Positions 59,657 to 64,000 of a stretch of DNA of 64,000 bases are shown piece after piece. This DNA comes from Schmidtea polychroa (taxonomy: Eukaryota): contig CM097885.1 of NCBI GenBank assembly GCA_044892525.1, forward strand, positions 46,626,001-46,690,000, read 5' to 3'. How positions within the stretch are numbered: position 1 is the stretch's first letter; every line of letters starts with the position of its first letter. The translations under genes and the position numbers were made by a program. The notes under the pieces were generated by a model that saw only the letters and a program-made list of their open reading frames with translations, did no database searches and had not been told where the DNA came from.

Positions 59657-62532
59657 AGTAGGTAGATAGTAGCCCGCGGGAACAATTACCCCCCCCCGGG
59701 GGGGGTTGTTCCCAACTTTTTATTACGCAATTGTTCCCAACTCATTTTTTTGCTTTCAGGGATTTTTGGTCCAAATTTTTTTTTATCACACTATAGTGAG
59801 GGGGTCTCGATGGTCCTGGGATTTTCAATACAAAAAATTTTTTTCAATACAAAAAGCTGGTCTACACTAAAAAAGCCAAGGAATTTTCAGACTATAGTTA
59901 GGGGGTCTCGATGGTCCTGGGATTTTCAATACAAAAAAAAAATTTCAATACAAAAACGATGGTCCTGGGATTTTCAATACAAAAAATTTTTCAATACAAA
60001 AACGATGGTCCTAGGATTTTCAATACAAAAAAAAAATTTTTCAACACAAAAAGCTGGTCTACAATAAAAAAGCATGGTAATTTAAGGTCTCAGGATATTT
60101 TCAATACAAAAAGCTGGTCTACACTAAAAAAGCCAAGGATTTTTCAGACTATAGTGAGGTGGGTCTCCTTGGTCCTGAGAAAAAGGTGGTCTACACTAAA
60201 AAATGTGGTAAATTTTTCAATTAAAGTAAATAATGGTCCAAATTTTTAAATTTCAGTAAATTATGGTCCTAAAAAATTAAATTAAAGTAAATTATGGCTC
60301 AAATTTTTCAATTACAGTAAATAATGGTTCTAAAAATTGAATTTAAGTAAATTATGGTCCAAATTTTTAAATTAAAGTAAATTATGGTTCTAAAAATTAA
60401 ATTACAGTAAATTATGGCTCAAATTTTTCAATTAAAGTAAATAATGGTTCTAAAAAATTAAATTACAGTAAATAATGGCTCAAAAATTTAAATTAAAGTA
60501 AATTATGGTCCAAATTTTTCAATTAAAGTAAATAATGATCTAAAAATTAAATTATAGTAAATTATGGCTCAAATTTTTAAATTACAGTAAATTATGGTCC
60601 TAAAAAATTAAATTAAAGTAAATTATGGCTCAAATTTTCAAATAAGGTAATAATGGTCCTAAAAAATTAAATTACAGTAAATAATGGTTCTAAAAATTAA
60701 ATTAAAGTAAATAATGGTTCTAAAATATTAAATTAAAGTAAATTATGGTCCAGATTTTTCAATTAAAGTAAATAATGGTCCAAATTTTTGAATTAATGTA
60801 AATTTAAGTTCTTAAAAATTAAATTACAGTAAATAATGGTCCAAATTTTTAAATTAAGTAATCAATGGTAAAAAATTTTAAATAAGTAAATTAAAGTAAT
60901 AATTTTTAAATAAGTAAATTAAAGTAATGTAATAAGTAAATTAAAGTAAGATTTTAAAATTTAATTACAAAATAATAGAAGGTGTTTGAGAATTGAAATT
61001 TTTTAATGAAAATTTTTATGAAATAATTTTTAAGTAATTTTTAATAGAAATTTTAATGAAATATTTTTCAATGGTAATTTTTAATGGAAATTTTTATGGA
61101 ATAATTTTTTAAGTAATTTTTAATGGAAATTTTTATGAAATATTTTTCAATGATAATTTTAGATGGAAATTTTTAAGATAATTTTTAATGAAAATTTTTA
61201 TGAAATATTTTTCAAAGACAAATTTTAATAATAATTCAACAACAAACCAACAACTTAGTACCAACAACCAGTAACTTACGAACATGTATTAACAACCAGA
61301 TACCTACAACTAGTTACTAACAACTAGTTACATGATACTAAGTAAATACAACCACCTAACAAGTACTAACAACCAAAAACAAGCAACCAACCAGGTACCA
61401 GTTACCAACTACTAAGTACCTACAACCAACTAGTTACCTGATACCAAGTACTTACAACTAAATACTAACAACCAGTTACCTGATACCTAGTACTTACAAC
61501 TAGTTACTAACAACCAAAAACAAGCAACCAACTAGGTACCAAGTACTAACAACCAAAAACAACTAGCTAACAACTAGATACCAAGTACCTACAACCACCT
61601 ACCTATTAACTAGCTACCAAGTACTTACAACTAGCTACGACCTACCAAGTACTAACAACTAACAACAACCAGGTACTAAGCATTATCAACCAAGTACCTA
61701 AAACCACCTAACAAGTACATACAACCAACATCAACCAGGTACTTACAACTAGATACTAACAAACAGTTACCAAGTACCTACAACCACCTACCCATTAACT
61801 AGCTACAACCAGCTAACAACTAGCTACCAAGTACTAACAACCAACAACCAGCTAACAACTAACTACCAGATACCTACTACTTACAACCAACAACTAAGTA
61901 CTAACAACCAGCTAACAACTAGATACCAGGTACTAAGCATTATCAACCAAGTACCTACAACTAGATACTAACAACTAGATACCAAGTACCTACAACCACC
62001 TCCCTATTAACTAGCTACTAGTTACTGACAACTAGATACCAAGTACATACAACCAACATCAACCAGGTACTAAGCATTATCAACCAAGTACTAACAACCA
62101 AGTACAAGATACCTAGTACTGTCAACTAGATACCAAACACTTACAACCAGATGACCACATGAAATTATTGGTTAAATATGAAAATAAGGGTTATAATTAG
62201 TTGTTTAGTAAATTATGGTGTAAAATTAAGTAATAAAGCATAAATAGGTAAATTAAGGATAAGTAAATTAAAGTTAAAAAATTAAATTAAAGTTAATTAA
62301 GGTCCAAATTTTAAAAATAAGTAATCAATGTTCTAAAAAATTAAATTAAAGTTAAATAAGTAAATTAAAGTAATAATTTTTAAAGAATTTAATTAAAGTA
62401 ATAATTTTTAAATAAGTAATGTAATAAGTAAATTAAAGTAAGATTTTTAAATTTATTATCAAAAGATTGAATAACCACCAACTTTTTTGAGAAATGTAAT
62501 TTTTAATGAAAATTTAAATGGAAATTTTAATG

Positions 62533-62614
<82 letters not shown>

Positions 62615-64000
62615 AATAATTCAACCGTTACCAACAATCGGTTACTGATTATTTTTTAACTAGGTGCTAACAAATACTTACAACATGATACCACGTACTA
62701 ACTAACTCTCAAACAACCAGATACTTACAACTAACTACTAAATATTCTTCACTGTATTTTATGAAATGCTTTTTAAATTAATTTTTTATCTATCTTCAAA
62801 AATATATTTAATTACAATCATTAGAAAAACCTTTTCAAATTTAACAAAAATGTTGATTTTCATCAAAAAACCACAACTCATCACCACGTGAAATTCAAAA
62901 TAATTTAAATTACAATGAAAGACTAATGAATTCTAATTTACAAAACATTCTTCTTTTAAATGATAACTATTGACTTATTATTGCAAAGTAAAAATCGCAT
63001 TCAATAAATACTTATTGTTGATCAGTTTTATTATATATACTCTGAGTTTATCCGACAGGATGTTTTGACCCCCTAAGGGTACAGGTCGTAAGGGTACTGG
63101 TCGTAAGGGTATTAGTCGTAAGGGTACTGGTCGTAAGGATATTGCTAACTCTCAACCCCCACCTACCCATTAACCACCTAACAAGTACCAACAACCAAGT
63201 CTCAAACAACTAAATACTAAACACTAACAACCAACAACAACCAGGTACTAAGCATTATTAACCTACAACTATATAACAACAATCAGTAAACAACACTGTA
63301 CCAACTACCAAATACAAGAAACCAACAACTTAGTACCAACAATCAACTAACAACACATAAAAATAATAACAATTAAATAAAAAAATTATTCTTCATCGCA
63401 TACACTATTTTCTTATCAAAATCTAAAAAGTCAACCAACTACTTACAACCAACAACTATGTACTAACAAATTGATCTTTAAAAGCAAATACTCATCACTT
63501 GAAAAAAATTAATTGAACTCAAGTCACTTTTAAGATATTTGAACTCAAGGCATCAATAACTTGGTAAAAATTGATTAAATTATTGTAAAAATTTAAATTA
63601 TTCAAAATATACTAAATTAAAAAAATATAATTAATAGACAAGAAAGAACTTTAAATTCTAGTCATTGATCATTCAAGTTAATATGAATCAACTAAGATAA
63701 TAAATTAATAAGAATTTTGAAATAAGATCTAGTAGATAATTGATTTAGATTGAATAAATTAATTTAAATAAAATTAAATTTAATTATTTTTGTAAAAGTA
63801 ATACATGTACTCAAATTGATTGACTGATTTCTCAATATATTCAAAAAATCAGTATAAATTCATTACAATTATCAAAGTCAGCAATCTACAATAAAAATAA
63901 TTATCATTAAATTCCAAAAGAGACTAGATAACTAATGATAACATCTAACAAACCAGTAAATTCATTTAAATGACAATAATTGGTATATCCTAGTGAATTC
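59657..64000 (+). mobile_element. Satellite-rich non-autonomous Maverick-like element (left end present; right end not seen in the window)
   Basis: Starts AGTAGGTAGATAG where the hAT ORF breaks. Contains GGTCCTGGGATTTTCAATACAAAA repeats, a ~30-bp satellite (60210-60950), an AC-rich satellite (61240-62150) and a block at 63030-63145 shared with the pPolB element TIR. Confidence 0.7.

Noticed and set aside
59790..60200. Regularly recurring ~25-bp GGTCCTGGGATTTTCAATACAAAAA repeats that look like a CRISPR array (also at 26680-27020)
   Set aside because: The spacers are themselves repeated and vary in length, there are no cas genes and the context is eukaryotic; these are subterminal repeats of a mobile element.

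Overview
Very AT-rich eukaryotic (animal) genomic DNA with short 42-54 nt introns and (AAT)n microsatellites; a flatworm-like invertebrate is my inference. The window is mostly transposable elements. The only confidently identified host gene is the 5' part of TBC1D32/BROMI (+, 51444-57649), head-to-head with an unidentified minus-strand gene. The main feature is a complete 7.9-kb Maverick/Polinton-like element (36129-44038) with AG...CT ends, a 6-bp GGTAAG target-site duplication (TSD) and 1.1-1.2 kb terminal inverted repeats (TIRs). It carries only a protein-primed family B DNA polymerase (pPolB) and an unknown intron-containing acidic protein gene, with no recognisable integrase, ATPase, protease or capsid. 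Its TIRs include the 3' end of the polymerase gene. Related AGTAG(G/A)TAG termini and satellite-filled non-coding relatives occur elsewhere in the window. A compact type-I hammerhead ribozyme lies at 29136-29177, next to a U1-like 5' motif. The rest comprises decayed Gypsy, Penelope-like, pogo/Tigger, hAT, piggyBac and Helitron elements. All calls were made by eye from the sequence and ORF track; no database searches were run.
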